Assembly: GCA_963778655.1 (NCBI GenBank)
Contig: CAVZVA010000010.1
Coordinates: 1,248,001 to 1,312,000, forward strand
Length of the DNA stretch: 64,000 bases
Reading direction: 5' to 3'
Source: an uncultured delta proteobacterium
Lineage (GTDB): Bacteria > Myxococcota_A > Polyangia > Polyangiales > JAFGIB01
Made by a program: the position numbers and the translations under genes. Of this stretch, positions 46,631-55,831 are shown piece after piece; within the stretch, counting starts at the first letter, position 1, and each line of letters begins with the position of its first letter. The notes beneath the pieces are model-generated. The model did not search any database. It was not told the DNA's origin and was given only the letters and a program-made list of their open reading frames with translations.

Positions 46631-49288
46631 TCAACCTGGCCCGATCGACACCGGGTCCAGCGTGATCTCGTCTCCCTCGATGCTGATCTTTTGCAGGCCC
46701 GAGAAAGCGACTCCGCCGCCGTCGATGATGACCTTGGCCATCCCGCACACCAGCGCCACGCTGCTCTTGGCCTTGAGCTTGAGCTTCTTGGTCTTGAGTG
46801 CAGCCCCCTTCTTGCCCACCAGGGTGTGGCTGCCGCCGATGCTCTGCGAGAGCGCGCCCCCGATCTGGATCGAGGCCGCGGCGCCGGCGTCGATGCTGAT
46901 GTCGCTCTCGGCCTTGACCGTGTAGACGCCGACCGTCTCGGCCTTGGCCTCGCCCGTGTTCTCGACGCGGCCGCCCTTGATCGTCTCGAGGCGCGCGGCC
47001 GCGATCGTCTCGCGCCGGTTGCCGCCGATACCCTGCGAGATGCCCTGCGCGCTGCTGATGGCGACCAGTGCGCCGATGGTCTCGCTCACGTCCCCGGCTA
47101 CGCTCGTGGTCCAGTTGCCGGAGCCCCCGCCACCGCCACCGCCGTCCCCGCCAGCGCCACCGCCACCACCCCCGTCCCCGCCGCCGAGGGCAGCCTGGGC
47201 TGCGGCGCTGACCTTGGGCGCCAGCTCCGCGCTCGCTGCCGCCGCCGCGAGCCCGGTGGCCGTGTCGAGATCGGTCGCCTTGTCCAGGCTCACCAGCGCG
47301 CCGGCCGCCTCGCCGAGCGCGGTGACGGTCGCGTTGCCGCCCGACAGCAGCGCCGCTGCCGGTCCGGCGTACTTCGCCGCCGTGCCCAGCGCGGCCTTGG
47401 CGCTCGTCAGCGCCGGCATCAGCGGGCCGAGCGCGCGCGCGCCCAGGCGCTGCGCCGCGCTGGAGGCCGCGCTCACCGCGCCGCTGATCGCCTCGCTGGC
47501 GAGCAGCGAGATCAATGCCGAGACGATCGAGCCGACCTCGATCGTCTCGGCTGCGCCCACGCTGCGGGTGTAGGCGCCCGCGGTGTCCTCGGTGGCGTTG
47601 CCGTTGATCTTGGTGGTGCGGTTGGCGCCGACGTCCAGCTTCTGGTTCTTCGACACCGTGTCGGAAAAGCTCGCCGCGTAGCTCTCGCTGTCGTTGCCGT
47701 TCACGCTGAGCTTGCGGTTCTTGGCCACGCCGTGGGTCGTGGCCTTGGCGACCTGGAGCTTCTTGTCGTGCGCCACGCTGGTGTTGAGGTCGTATTGGGC
47801 GTGCAGCTCCACCATCTCAGCGCCCGCCTGGTCGTCGAAGCGCAGCAGGTTGTAGCCGTCGCCGCCGACGCTGTCGGAGCGCACCGTGGAGACGGTCTTT
47901 TGCGCGGGCAGCTGCGCCGGCGGTGGGAAGAAGGGATTGTACAGCCGCCCAAGGCACAGCGGCCGGTCGGGGTTGCCCTCCACGAACTCGACCAGCACCT
48001 CCCAGCCGATGCGCGGCATGGCCAGCGAGCCGGTGGTATGGCCCTGCGCCACGCGCACCCAGCACGAGGTCGTGTCGTCGAGCTTGCCTTCGCGGTCCCA
48101 GTGAAACTGCAGCTTGACCCGACCCAGGTCGTCGAAGTGCACCTCCTGCCCCTGCGGTCCGGTCACGCGTGCGGTTTGCAAGCCGACCACGCGCGGCCGC
48201 GGCGTGAGGCGCTCGGGCCGGTAGGGGATCGCCAGCGGCTGCAGCTCGAGGTCGATATTGCACACCGCCTCGCGCCCGGCGCCGGCGCTCGCCCGGGGCC
48301 GTCCCTCGGTCGCGCGCAGCACGACCTCGAAGCTCACCGCGCGCACGAAGTGCTCACCGTCGTCGCTGGTGGGATGGCCGTCCAGCGTCAGCTGCTTGCC
48401 CGCCATTGCGGTGAGCGCGTTGGTGCGCACGCGGGTAGCGAGCGCTGCGCCCACCTGCTCGTCGAGCCGCGCCTGAGCAAGCTGCTTCTGGCGCGTCGGG
48501 TCCACGCAGCCGCTCGGAAACTCGTAGTGCTCCGCCGCGAACGCGCCGGCCTGCTTGGCCTGCGCGCGCAGATCGATCGACGGGCGCAGCGGGTGACAGT
48601 CGCCGAGCGAGACCCGCTCGACGCGCGCGCGCGCCGCCACTGTGAGCTCGCGCGCGCACAGCCGCCCCTCCATCCCGCCGACGAAGTCGAAGGGCAGGTA
48701 GTCCGGCTCCATCTTGTCGGCGTTTGCGCTGTCGTCCTGCAGCACCATCACGTGGCCGTCCTCAGCCTGCTCGAAGCGAAACCAGATGCCCTCTTCCTCG
48801 AGCAGCCGGCACACGAAGGCGTAGTCGCTCTCATCGTATTGCACGCAATACTCGCGCGGTGCGTACGAGCCGACGCGCCACTCGAACGCGCTCTCGGGCA
48901 GGCCGGCATCGGTGAACACCTGCTTGACGATGTCGACGCTGCTCTGCTGCTGGAAGATGCGGAAGCCACGGCGCAGGGTCAGCGTATGGGTCAGCGGGCG
49001 CAGCACCGCGCGATAGGCGTACAGGTCGAGCTCGCGGTTGGCCTCGACGCCGAGCACCTCGAGCGCCGCGACCAACCCGCAGATCGCGCGCTCGCCGTGC
49101 GGGCCACGCAGGCTGACCACCGCCTGGCTGGCGCGGAGCGCGTCGAGGTCCAGCTCCTCGGCCTCGAAGTCGACCACGTACTCGAAGCCGCGGCTGACCT
49201 CCTCGCGCCCGTGCACGGCCTCCACCCGCGAACGACCGGTGTAGTCGTGCAGGCTCAGCGTCGCTTCGATTCGGTCCTGGCTCGCCAT
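46631..49288 (-). CDS. vgrG: Type VI secretion spike protein VgrG, copy 3, with internal helical insert
   Basis: REYCVQYDESDYAFVCRLLEEEGI, DDLGRVKLQFHWD, PRIGWEVLVEFVEGNPDRP, gp5 beta-helix repeats. Confidence 0.95.
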   Translation of the reverse strand: MASQDRIEATLSLHDYTGRSRVEAVHGREEVSRGFEYVVDFEAEELDLDALRASQAVVSLRGPHGERAICGLVAALEVLGVEANRELDLYAYRAVLRPLTHTLTLRRGFRIFQQQSSVDIVKQVFTDAGLPESAFEWRVGSYAPREYCVQYDESDYAFVCRLLEEEGIWFRFEQAEDGHVMVLQDDSANADKMEPDYLPFDFVGGMEGRLCARELTVAARARVERVSLGDCHPLRPSIDLRAQAKQAGAFAAEHYEFPSGCVDPTRQKQLAQARLDEQVGAALATRVRTNALTAMAGKQLTLDGHPTSDDGEHFVRAVSFEVVLRATEGRPRASAGAGREAVCNIDLELQPLAIPYRPERLTPRPRVVGLQTARVTGPQGQEVHFDDLGRVKLQFHWDREGKLDDTTSCWVRVAQGHTTGSLAMPRIGWEVLVEFVEGNPDRPLCLGRLYNPFFPPPAQLPAQKTVSTVRSDSVGGDGYNLLRFDDQAGAEMVELHAQYDLNTSVAHDKKLQVAKATTHGVAKNRKLSVNGNDSESYAASFSDTVSKNQKLDVGANRTTKINGNATEDTAGAYTRSVGAAETIEVGSIVSALISLLASEAISGAVSAASSAAQRLGARALGPLMPALTSAKAALGTAAKYAGPAAALLSGGNATVTALGEAAGALVSLDKATDLDTATGLAAAAASAELAPKVSAAAQAALGGGDGGGGGGAGGDGGGGGGGSGNWTTSVAGDVSETIGALVAISSAQGISQGIGGNRRETIAAARLETIKGGRVENTGEAKAETVGVYTVKAESDISIDAGAAASIQIGGALSQSIGGSHTLVGKKGAALKTKKLKLKAKSSVALVCGMAKVIIDGGGVAFSGLQKISIEGDEITLDPVSIGPG

Positions 49289-49290
49289 CG

Positions 49291-51486
49291 TCAGTTGGTT
49301 TTGTGCGTGATCTGCGCGAAGGCCTTCGAGTTGCTAATAGTGATCTTCTTGGCCTTGACCTGGATCTCGCCCGTCTTCTTGAGCGTGAAGGTCACCTTCC
49401 CTGCGGAGAACGTCAGCTTGTCGTCCGCCGTGAAGGTGATGTTGTCCGCCTCTACGCTGATGCCGCTGGCCTCGACCTTGAGCTTGCCTTCTGTGCTGTC
49501 GCTGCGGTCCTTGCTGGTCTTGACCTTCTGCCCGCTCACCTTCTCGACGTAGGCCTGCTCGGTCGAGATCCCGACCGTCTTGGCCGACACCAGCTTGAGC
49601 GCGGCCACCGTCTCGATGCGTGCGCCCGATACGGTGGAGCTCTTGCCCTTGGCTACGGTTTCGGCCCAGGCCGCGCCCACGTCGACCTCGGAGTTGCCCG
49701 AGATCTTGCGGGTGAAGCCGCTGACCACCAGCACGTTTTGCATCGCCCCAATCGTGCGCGCGAGCTTGCCCGCGATCACCTCGACCTGATCGCCGCCGAC
49801 GGCGGCGTGGCGCATCGCGCCGATGGTGACGCTCTGGCTGCCGCCGGTGCCATCGTCGAGATCGCCGCCGACGTCGATGGTCTGCATGCCGCCGACAGTC
49901 GTGCTGCGGTTGCCGCTCACGCTGGTGGTGCTGTCTTCGGTGACCGAGCGCTTGACGTTCGCGCCGACCTCCAGCGTCTCGTCCTTGCCCACGTTCCAGG
50001 TCATCGTGTTCTCGACCCGCACGGACATGTCGTAGGAGGCGTTGATCATCACCTCCTCGGCGCCCGCGCTGTCGGCGAAGCGCAGCTCGTTGGCGCCCGC
50101 GCCGCCGTCGGTGGTGGCGGACTGCACCGAGCTGGTGGTGAGCCGATCGGCACCGTAGGGCGGCATCGACTCCTCGCTGTAGAGATGACCCTCGACGTAA
50201 GGCCGATCGATGTCGCCCAGCTCGTGGCCGACCATCACCTCGAAGCCCACCCGCGGGAGGATCATCGAGCCGCTTAGCATCAGCTGCCCCACGCGCAGAA
50301 AGCTCGAGCTCTTGTCGTCGGTCGTGCCCGAGCGGTCCCAGGGGAAGCGCACCTTGACGCGGCCCTGCTCGTCGCCGTGCAGCTCCTGGCCGGCCGGGCC
50401 GGTGACGAACGCACGCTCGGGCCCGGCTGGCTGCGGCGGCAGCGGCGCGTGCTGCGGCCGGAAGGGCACCTCGCGCGGGATGGCGAGGAAGCGGTTGCGG
50501 TAGGCAGCCGGGGTTGCCGGGTCGCGCACCTGACCTTCGTGGTCCACGGCGAGCAGCAGGATCTCGCCGCTCAGCGCCGGGCGCAGGTCGCTGTCGAGCT
50601 GCAGGTGGCGGCCCGGCGCAAGGTGCGGGAAGTAGCTGCCGCCGCGCAGGCTGCGGCCCTCCATGCGGAGCCGCTCGAGCATGCGCTGGGCGCGGGTGTC
50701 CAGCTGCAGGTGGCCGCCCGGGTGATCGTAGACCTCACGCGAGGGCGACGTGCCGCTGGGCACGCTCGCGTCCGGGCTGGCGGCCGGATGCTTGGGGTCG
50801 TACTCGCGCAACATCGCGCCGTCGGGCGTGGCACGCAGCTCTTCGCGCAGCTCGAACACGGTGTCGGGCCGCATGTCTTGACGCCGCCTGTCGACCAGGC
50901 CCTGCAGACCGTCGATCGCGAGCAACGCGTTGCCGTCGTCGAAGAAGACCACGCGCTCGCGGTCGGGATCGTTCTGCACCAGAAAGCCGATGCCCTCCTC
51001 GAACAGCAGCCGGCGCGCGAAGTCGTAGTCGCTCTCCGCGTACTGGATCACGGTCTCGTGCAGGGGCCCCTTCTGCACGTGCATGTCGATCGCATCCGGC
51101 GGTATGCCGCCATCGCTCAGCACCTGTTGCACCACGTCGATCAGGCTCATATCGCGGAAGATTCGCGAATTGCGCCCCAGGCTGAGCAGGAACAGATTCG
51201 GCACGATCTCCACGTGCAGGCGGAATACCTTGTCGGAGACGGGGGTCAGCTCGGCGCTCCAGATCACGCCGTGGAAGCAGCGCTCGATCGCGGCCTCGAA
51301 GCGCACGTGCACCGCGGCCTTCTTGCCGAGCAGCGCCTCGGGGTCGACGCGCGCGCTGAGCGCGTCGGCCTCGACCCGGTAGCACTCCGACAGCCGCTCC
51401 TCGGCGCGGAATGCCAGAAAGGTGAGCGCGGTCGGATCCACTCCGTCGATCTCGAGCTCGAATTCCGCTTTGGGCGCGTCAGCCAT
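49291..51486 (-). CDS. vgrG: Type VI secretion spike protein VgrG, copy 2
   Basis: QYAESDYDFARRLLFEEGI, DEQGRVKVRFPWD, PRVGFEV..GDIDRP, ANELRFAD. Confidence 0.95.
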   Translation of the reverse strand: MADAPKAEFELEIDGVDPTALTFLAFRAEERLSECYRVEADALSARVDPEALLGKKAAVHVRFEAAIERCFHGVIWSAELTPVSDKVFRLHVEIVPNLFLLSLGRNSRIFRDMSLIDVVQQVLSDGGIPPDAIDMHVQKGPLHETVIQYAESDYDFARRLLFEEGIGFLVQNDPDRERVVFFDDGNALLAIDGLQGLVDRRRQDMRPDTVFELREELRATPDGAMLREYDPKHPAASPDASVPSGTSPSREVYDHPGGHLQLDTRAQRMLERLRMEGRSLRGGSYFPHLAPGRHLQLDSDLRPALSGEILLLAVDHEGQVRDPATPAAYRNRFLAIPREVPFRPQHAPLPPQPAGPERAFVTGPAGQELHGDEQGRVKVRFPWDRSGTTDDKSSSFLRVGQLMLSGSMILPRVGFEVMVGHELGDIDRPYVEGHLYSEESMPPYGADRLTTSSVQSATTDGGAGANELRFADSAGAEEVMINASYDMSVRVENTMTWNVGKDETLEVGANVKRSVTEDSTTSVSGNRSTTVGGMQTIDVGGDLDDGTGGSQSVTIGAMRHAAVGGDQVEVIAGKLARTIGAMQNVLVVSGFTRKISGNSEVDVGAAWAETVAKGKSSTVSGARIETVAALKLVSAKTVGISTEQAYVEKVSGQKVKTSKDRSDSTEGKLKVEASGISVEADNITFTADDKLTFSAGKVTFTLKKTGEIQVKAKKITISNSKAFAQITHKTN

Positions 51487-51489
51487 GGC

Positions 51490-53709
51490 TCACCTGTAGG
51501 AGATCTTGCCCTTCAGCATCAGCATGGGCCCCGCCTTGGCTCCGAACTTCGAGCCGTCGAGCTCGAGCTTGCCGTCCTTGAGCGTCAGCTTGGTGCCGCC
51601 GCCTTCGATCTGCGCGCCGTCCGGCGCGTCCACCGACACCTGCTTGCCAGATACCGCGTAGTTGCCCTTGACCTTTTCGACCAGCGCACCGCCGATCTTC
51701 ATGCCGAGCAGGCCCTTGGCCTTGAGCGCGAGCCCGCCCTTGCTCTGGTACGAGGTGGCGCCGGCCGTCAGCAGCTTGGCCTTGCCCGCCGACTCGCCGA
51801 ACGCCCCGGTGGCCTTGATCAGGTAAGCGCCACCGATTGCGAGCTGCTTGTTGCCCGCCACCGCCTCGCTCACGGTCTCCGCCGCGGTCAGCGCGAGCGC
51901 GGCGCCCACGCTCTGCTTGTGGTTGGCCCCGAAGCTCTCGGCCATCGACACCGCGCGCACAGTCTGGCTCGCGGCGATGGTCTCGCTGCGATCGCCGTTG
52001 ACGTGGGTCGAGTAGGTGGCCTTGACGCTCAGATCGTCGAGCGCGCCGATCGAGATCGTCTTGTCCGCTCCGGTCTGCGACGCGTCGTTGCCCTGTACCG
52101 TCAGCTGCTGATTGCCGCCGATCGAAACCGTCTCGTCGATGCCGATGATACAGTCGAGCGTGGCGCCGTAGCTCTCTTCGAGGTTGAGCGCGATCGTCTC
52201 GTGGCTGTCGTTGCCCACGCCGAGCACCATGTCGCGCTGGGCGTGCAGCGCGAAACCCTGTGCACCGCTGGCGTCCTGCAGGCGCAGCTCGTTGGTGCCG
52301 CCTCCGCCCGGCGATGAGGCCGACTGCAGCGCCGCCTGCGAGAGATTCGCCGGCAGCGGGTACGGCGGCATGGTTTCGCGGTTGTAGAGCTTCTGCAGCA
52401 CCAGCGGGCGATCAGGGTCGCCGTCGATGAAGCCGACTGCGACCTCCCAGCCGATCCGCGGCAGTAGCATGCTGCCGCTCAGGTTCTGCTGCTGCACGCG
52501 CACCCAGCAGCTCGCGGTGTCGTCGACCGGGTCCTCGCGATCCCAGTGCATGTGCAGCTTGACGCGCCCCCACTCGTCGACGTGGATCTCCTCGCCGGCG
52601 CTGGTGATCACCGCGCTTTCGACGCCGAAGACCTTGGGCTTGGGCAGCGGCAGCGGGCGGTAGATGACGTCGTCGTGCGTGGCGCGGAAACGGGTGGACA
52701 AAGCGAGATCGCGCTCGTCGGCGGTGGCTTCCGCGCCGCGCTCCTCGTACAGGTGCACGCACTGCAGCAGCAGAAAGCCGCGGTTCAAGAAGCCCGGGCG
52801 CGCGCCGTCGAGCGTGAACAGCTTGCCCGGCGCGAAGCCGAGGTGATTGCTACGCCCGGTCAGCAGGTACTTTTGCAGCGCCTGCGCGCGCAGCCGGTCG
52901 TCGGTGTGACGCCCGCCGTCCACCGGATCGACGAAGCCGCCCGGGTACTCGTAGAACGAGAGCCCGAGCGTGCCGGCGTCGCTCTGCGCCGCCTCCACCG
53001 GCTCGGCCGGGCTCATGAAGTCCCAGTCGCGCATCAGGTAGGCGTCGTGCGTCAGCTCGCTGCGAAAGCGCAGCTCGGTGGCCAGCTCGCGGCTGGCCGC
53101 ACGCGTGTGGTCCGCGTACAGCACCTCGGGCTCGACCGGCAGGTGCGCGTCCGCGCGGTCGTCGAAGCACATGCGGTGGCCGAGCTCGTCGTGCTCGAAG
53201 TAGAAGAAGATCCCCTCCTCGGCCAGCAGCCGCAGCACGAAAGCGAGCTCGCTCTCCTTGTATTGCGTACAGTACTCGCGCACCGGGTAGGTGGGGTGCT
53301 CGGTGCGCCACTCGAACGCCTCGTCGGGCAGCCCGGCGCCCTGCAGCACCTCGCTGACGATCGCCTTGACGTCTTTGTCCTGGAAGATGCGGCTGCGCAC
53401 GCGGTACGCAAGCGCGTGGATCTGCGGCTGCAGGCGTAGCCGGTAGTGGTAGACGCCGTGGCGATACTCGCCCAGGTAGCCCGCCTGCTCGATCACGCCG
53501 TGAAACACCCGCGCCACCTGGTCGTCATCAAACAGCCGCAGCGCCGCGGGCGTGAACAGCAGATCCTGCAGCTCGAGCTCGGCATCGGGCGCCTCCAGCA
53601 GTACCTCGGCCACGAACAGAGTAGAGAGCGCCTCGCGCCACTCGAAACGCACCACCCGCAGATCGAGGCCCGGGCCTTCGAGCGTGATCTGGCAGCGCAG
53701 CTTCCCCAC
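51490..53709 (-). CDS. vgrG: Type VI secretion spike protein VgrG, copy 1
   Basis: REYCTQYKESELAFVLRLLAEEGI, DEWGRVKL, PRIGWEVAVGFIDGDPDRP; GTG start 2 nt after upstream stop. Confidence 0.95.
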   Translation of the reverse strand: MGKLRCQITLEGPGLDLRVVRFEWREALSTLFVAEVLLEAPDAELELQDLLFTPAALRLFDDDQVARVFHGVIEQAGYLGEYRHGVYHYRLRLQPQIHALAYRVRSRIFQDKDVKAIVSEVLQGAGLPDEAFEWRTEHPTYPVREYCTQYKESELAFVLRLLAEEGIFFYFEHDELGHRMCFDDRADAHLPVEPEVLYADHTRAASRELATELRFRSELTHDAYLMRDWDFMSPAEPVEAAQSDAGTLGLSFYEYPGGFVDPVDGGRHTDDRLRAQALQKYLLTGRSNHLGFAPGKLFTLDGARPGFLNRGFLLLQCVHLYEERGAEATADERDLALSTRFRATHDDVIYRPLPLPKPKVFGVESAVITSAGEEIHVDEWGRVKLHMHWDREDPVDDTASCWVRVQQQNLSGSMLLPRIGWEVAVGFIDGDPDRPLVLQKLYNRETMPPYPLPANLSQAALQSASSPGGGGTNELRLQDASGAQGFALHAQRDMVLGVGNDSHETIALNLEESYGATLDCIIGIDETVSIGGNQQLTVQGNDASQTGADKTISIGALDDLSVKATYSTHVNGDRSETIAASQTVRAVSMAESFGANHKQSVGAALALTAAETVSEAVAGNKQLAIGGAYLIKATGAFGESAGKAKLLTAGATSYQSKGGLALKAKGLLGMKIGGALVEKVKGNYAVSGKQVSVDAPDGAQIEGGGTKLTLKDGKLELDGSKFGAKAGPMLMLKGKISYR

Positions 53710-53711
53710 CT

Positions 53712-54815
53712 TCAGCCTTCCCCTTCCGTCTTGGACGCTAGTACGGCGCCGCGGTCTTGGCCAATGCTGCTGGCCAGCAATAGGCAGCTTTCGCTCTCCG
53801 GATCGCCCCGGGTAAAGCCCTCGGCCGCGAGCGCCAGCGCGGTCGGCACGGTGGCGGCGCCCAGGTCGCCCATCGCCATCGGCAAGAACTCCAGCGCGAT
53901 CTCGCCCGGGACCACGTTGCGCACGATACGCGGAAACGCCAGCTGGAATTCGTGCGCGCGGTAGTCCTCGTTGGTCACGTCGCCGAGGATCCAGCCCAGG
54001 CTGCGGCGTTCCTCCCGCAGCCGGTCCGCGGCCGGCAGCGCGGTCGCGCTCAGGCCCTGGCCCATGCAGGGCGCGCGCGAGCCCATGCTGCGGGGCTCCT
54101 CGCCCGCCGAGATCGTTTGCAGCCGGCACAAGCGCGGCAGCCCGTGCGCGCGCAGCTGGCGGCTGGTCGCCAGCAGGGCGAAGCTCGCGCCCTCGCCGGG
54201 TACGATCGCGTCGAGTTGGTCGGCGCAGAGCACGCGCCGGTCCAGGATCAGGGCCTGCATCACCTCCGGGTCGTAGTAGCTGTCGACCCCGCCCACGAGC
54301 GCGAGGTCGATCTGGCCGGCCTCAAGCCGCAGCGCTGCCCACAGCAGCGCGAGCGCGCCGCCTGCGTGGCCGCTCGGCACCACCGCGACCGTCGGCTCCA
54401 GCCCGTGCTCGACGCAGCGCGCATGCGCGTGCGTCTCGAGCTGCCGGCGCTCGAGCGCGAAGCGTCGCTGCGCATGACGGCCGTCCATGCGCTCGGGCAG
54501 GCTCAGCGCGAGCCCCACGCGCGCGCCTCTGCCGAACGCCCCGTCCACCGTCTGCAGCAGCGGCGCCAGCGCGCGCTCGAGCAGCACCAGCATGCGCACG
54601 CCGCCGAAGCAGGTAGGCGCCAGCGTGGGCACGAAGGCCATGGTCGCCCGCTGCCCGCCGGGCAGCCGGAACGGCGACTCGCCGTAGCCGGTCAGCTCGG
54701 CACGGCGGCAGGCCCAGGTCTCGTACGCACAGAAGCCGAGCGCGTTGATCGCGGACAGCGCCCCGACACAGAGCTCCGCCCCGTGGCGGCCGCCGAGCTG
54801 CCTGTGCTGCTTCAC
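53712..54815 (-). CDS. Ketosynthase/thiolase-fold T6SS adaptor (PRK06147-like)
   Basis: ALVGGVDSY, VPGEGA, GQGLS, GDLGAA; catalytic Cys position reads SGHAGG. Confidence 0.82.
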   Translation of the reverse strand: MKQHRQLGGRHGAELCVGALSAINALGFCAYETWACRRAELTGYGESPFRLPGGQRATMAFVPTLAPTCFGGVRMLVLLERALAPLLQTVDGAFGRGARVGLALSLPERMDGRHAQRRFALERRQLETHAHARCVEHGLEPTVAVVPSGHAGGALALLWAALRLEAGQIDLALVGGVDSYYDPEVMQALILDRRVLCADQLDAIVPGEGASFALLATSRQLRAHGLPRLCRLQTISAGEEPRSMGSRAPCMGQGLSATALPAADRLREERRSLGWILGDVTNEDYRAHEFQLAFPRIVRNVVPGEIALEFLPMAMGDLGAATVPTALALAAEGFTRGDPESESCLLLASSIGQDRGAVLASKTEGEG

Positions 54816-55831
54816 GCCAGCACCTCGCGTTCGTGGACCTGCACCGCGCGCAGCTCATGGGCGCGGCCCACCACAGGAACGCTCGCGCGCCACACCAGCT
54901 CGAACGCCAAGTCGTTGGGCTCGAGGATCAGCGTGTCGAGCGCCGTCCGGTACTCGGTCAGTCCCTCCTCGGTCAGCCCGCCCACGAAGAACGACAGCCG
55001 CGGCAGCACGAAGCGCAGCGCGCCCTGCTCGCACAAGTTGAGCAGGCTCACCTCCTCGCCGCCGCGCAGGTAAGCCGGGTAGATCAGCTCGGACGGCGCG
55101 ATCTGGTTATGGCGGTCGTCGAAGTCGAGCGGTGGTAGCGGCATGCGCTCGCGCATCCAGCTCTCGTCGTGGGTGCCGGCATAGGCCTTGCGCGGCGCCC
55201 AGTGGTGCATGATCGGCGCAAGCCCCGCGGGCGGCGGGCGGCTCTTGTCGCTGGTGATCAGCCGGGCTGGATCCTCGATGTTCGGCAGCGGCTTGTGTAC
55301 CAGCGTGGCCGGGTCGGCCGCGATCCCCACCCCGACTGGGTTGCGCGGCTCCTCTAGCAGCTTGGCGCCCGACGCGTCGCGCCCCCCGAACGCCAGCTCC
55401 CACTTCAGCGGCACGCTCGTAAACGGCGCGGGCTTGGTCGGTACCAGTCCGAGCCCGCCCTTGTACCAGACCCGGGGCCCGATCACGCGCAGCGCGCGCT
55501 CGAGCGCGCCCACCCGCACCAGCACGTCGAGCTCGGTGTGCGGCTGCTTGTCCCGCGCCATGGCCTCGCCGGAGACCACGATGTCGGTCGCCGGCTTGCG
55601 CAGGCACAGGTCGCTGCTGTGCTTGAGCGAGCTGGCTTCGGGCTTGCCCTCGTCCCACAGCTCGTCGGCGGGGCGGACCTCCGCGCCCGACACGCGCGTC
55701 ACCACGCCCTTCACGGTGACCGCAAAGCGCTGCTTGATCACCACCAGCACCTGCACGCTGCCGTCGCGCTCCAGGGCGTGGCTGGTGTGCACGGTGGCGT
55801 CGGTGTCCTGGCGCAGCGGGGGCAAGTCCAT
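54812..55831 (-). CDS. DUF2169 T6SS adaptor
   Basis: KPATDIVV, LRVIGPRVW, LKWELAFGG, RNPVGVG, LPNIEDP, PRKAYAGTHD, LDTLILEP. Confidence 0.92.
   Translation of the reverse strand: MDLPPLRQDTDATVHTSHALERDGSVQVLVVIKQRFAVTVKGVVTRVSGAEVRPADELWDEGKPEASSLKHSSDLCLRKPATDIVVSGEAMARDKQPHTELDVLVRVGALERALRVIGPRVWYKGGLGLVPTKPAPFTSVPLKWELAFGGRDASGAKLLEEPRNPVGVGIAADPATLVHKPLPNIEDPARLITSDKSRPPPAGLAPIMHHWAPRKAYAGTHDESWMRERMPLPPLDFDDRHNQIAPSELIYPAYLRGGEEVSLLNLCEQGALRFVLPRLSFFVGGLTEEGLTEYRTALDTLILEPNDLAFELVWRASVPVVGRAHELRAVQVHEREVLA

Noticed and set aside
46157..49552. 1131-aa plus-strand ORF and similar long ORFs (81..2492, 9030..11000, 50377..52317 and others)
   Set aside because: Antisense shadows of real genes in high-GC DNA; no motifs
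46631..53709. Prophage tail region
   Set aside because: Proteins are fused gp27-gp5 VgrGs with T6SS adaptors; no capsid, terminase or integrase
53712..54815. PKS/fatty-acid biosynthetic cluster
   Set aside because: No ACP, AT or KR genes, catalytic Cys absent, T6SS context
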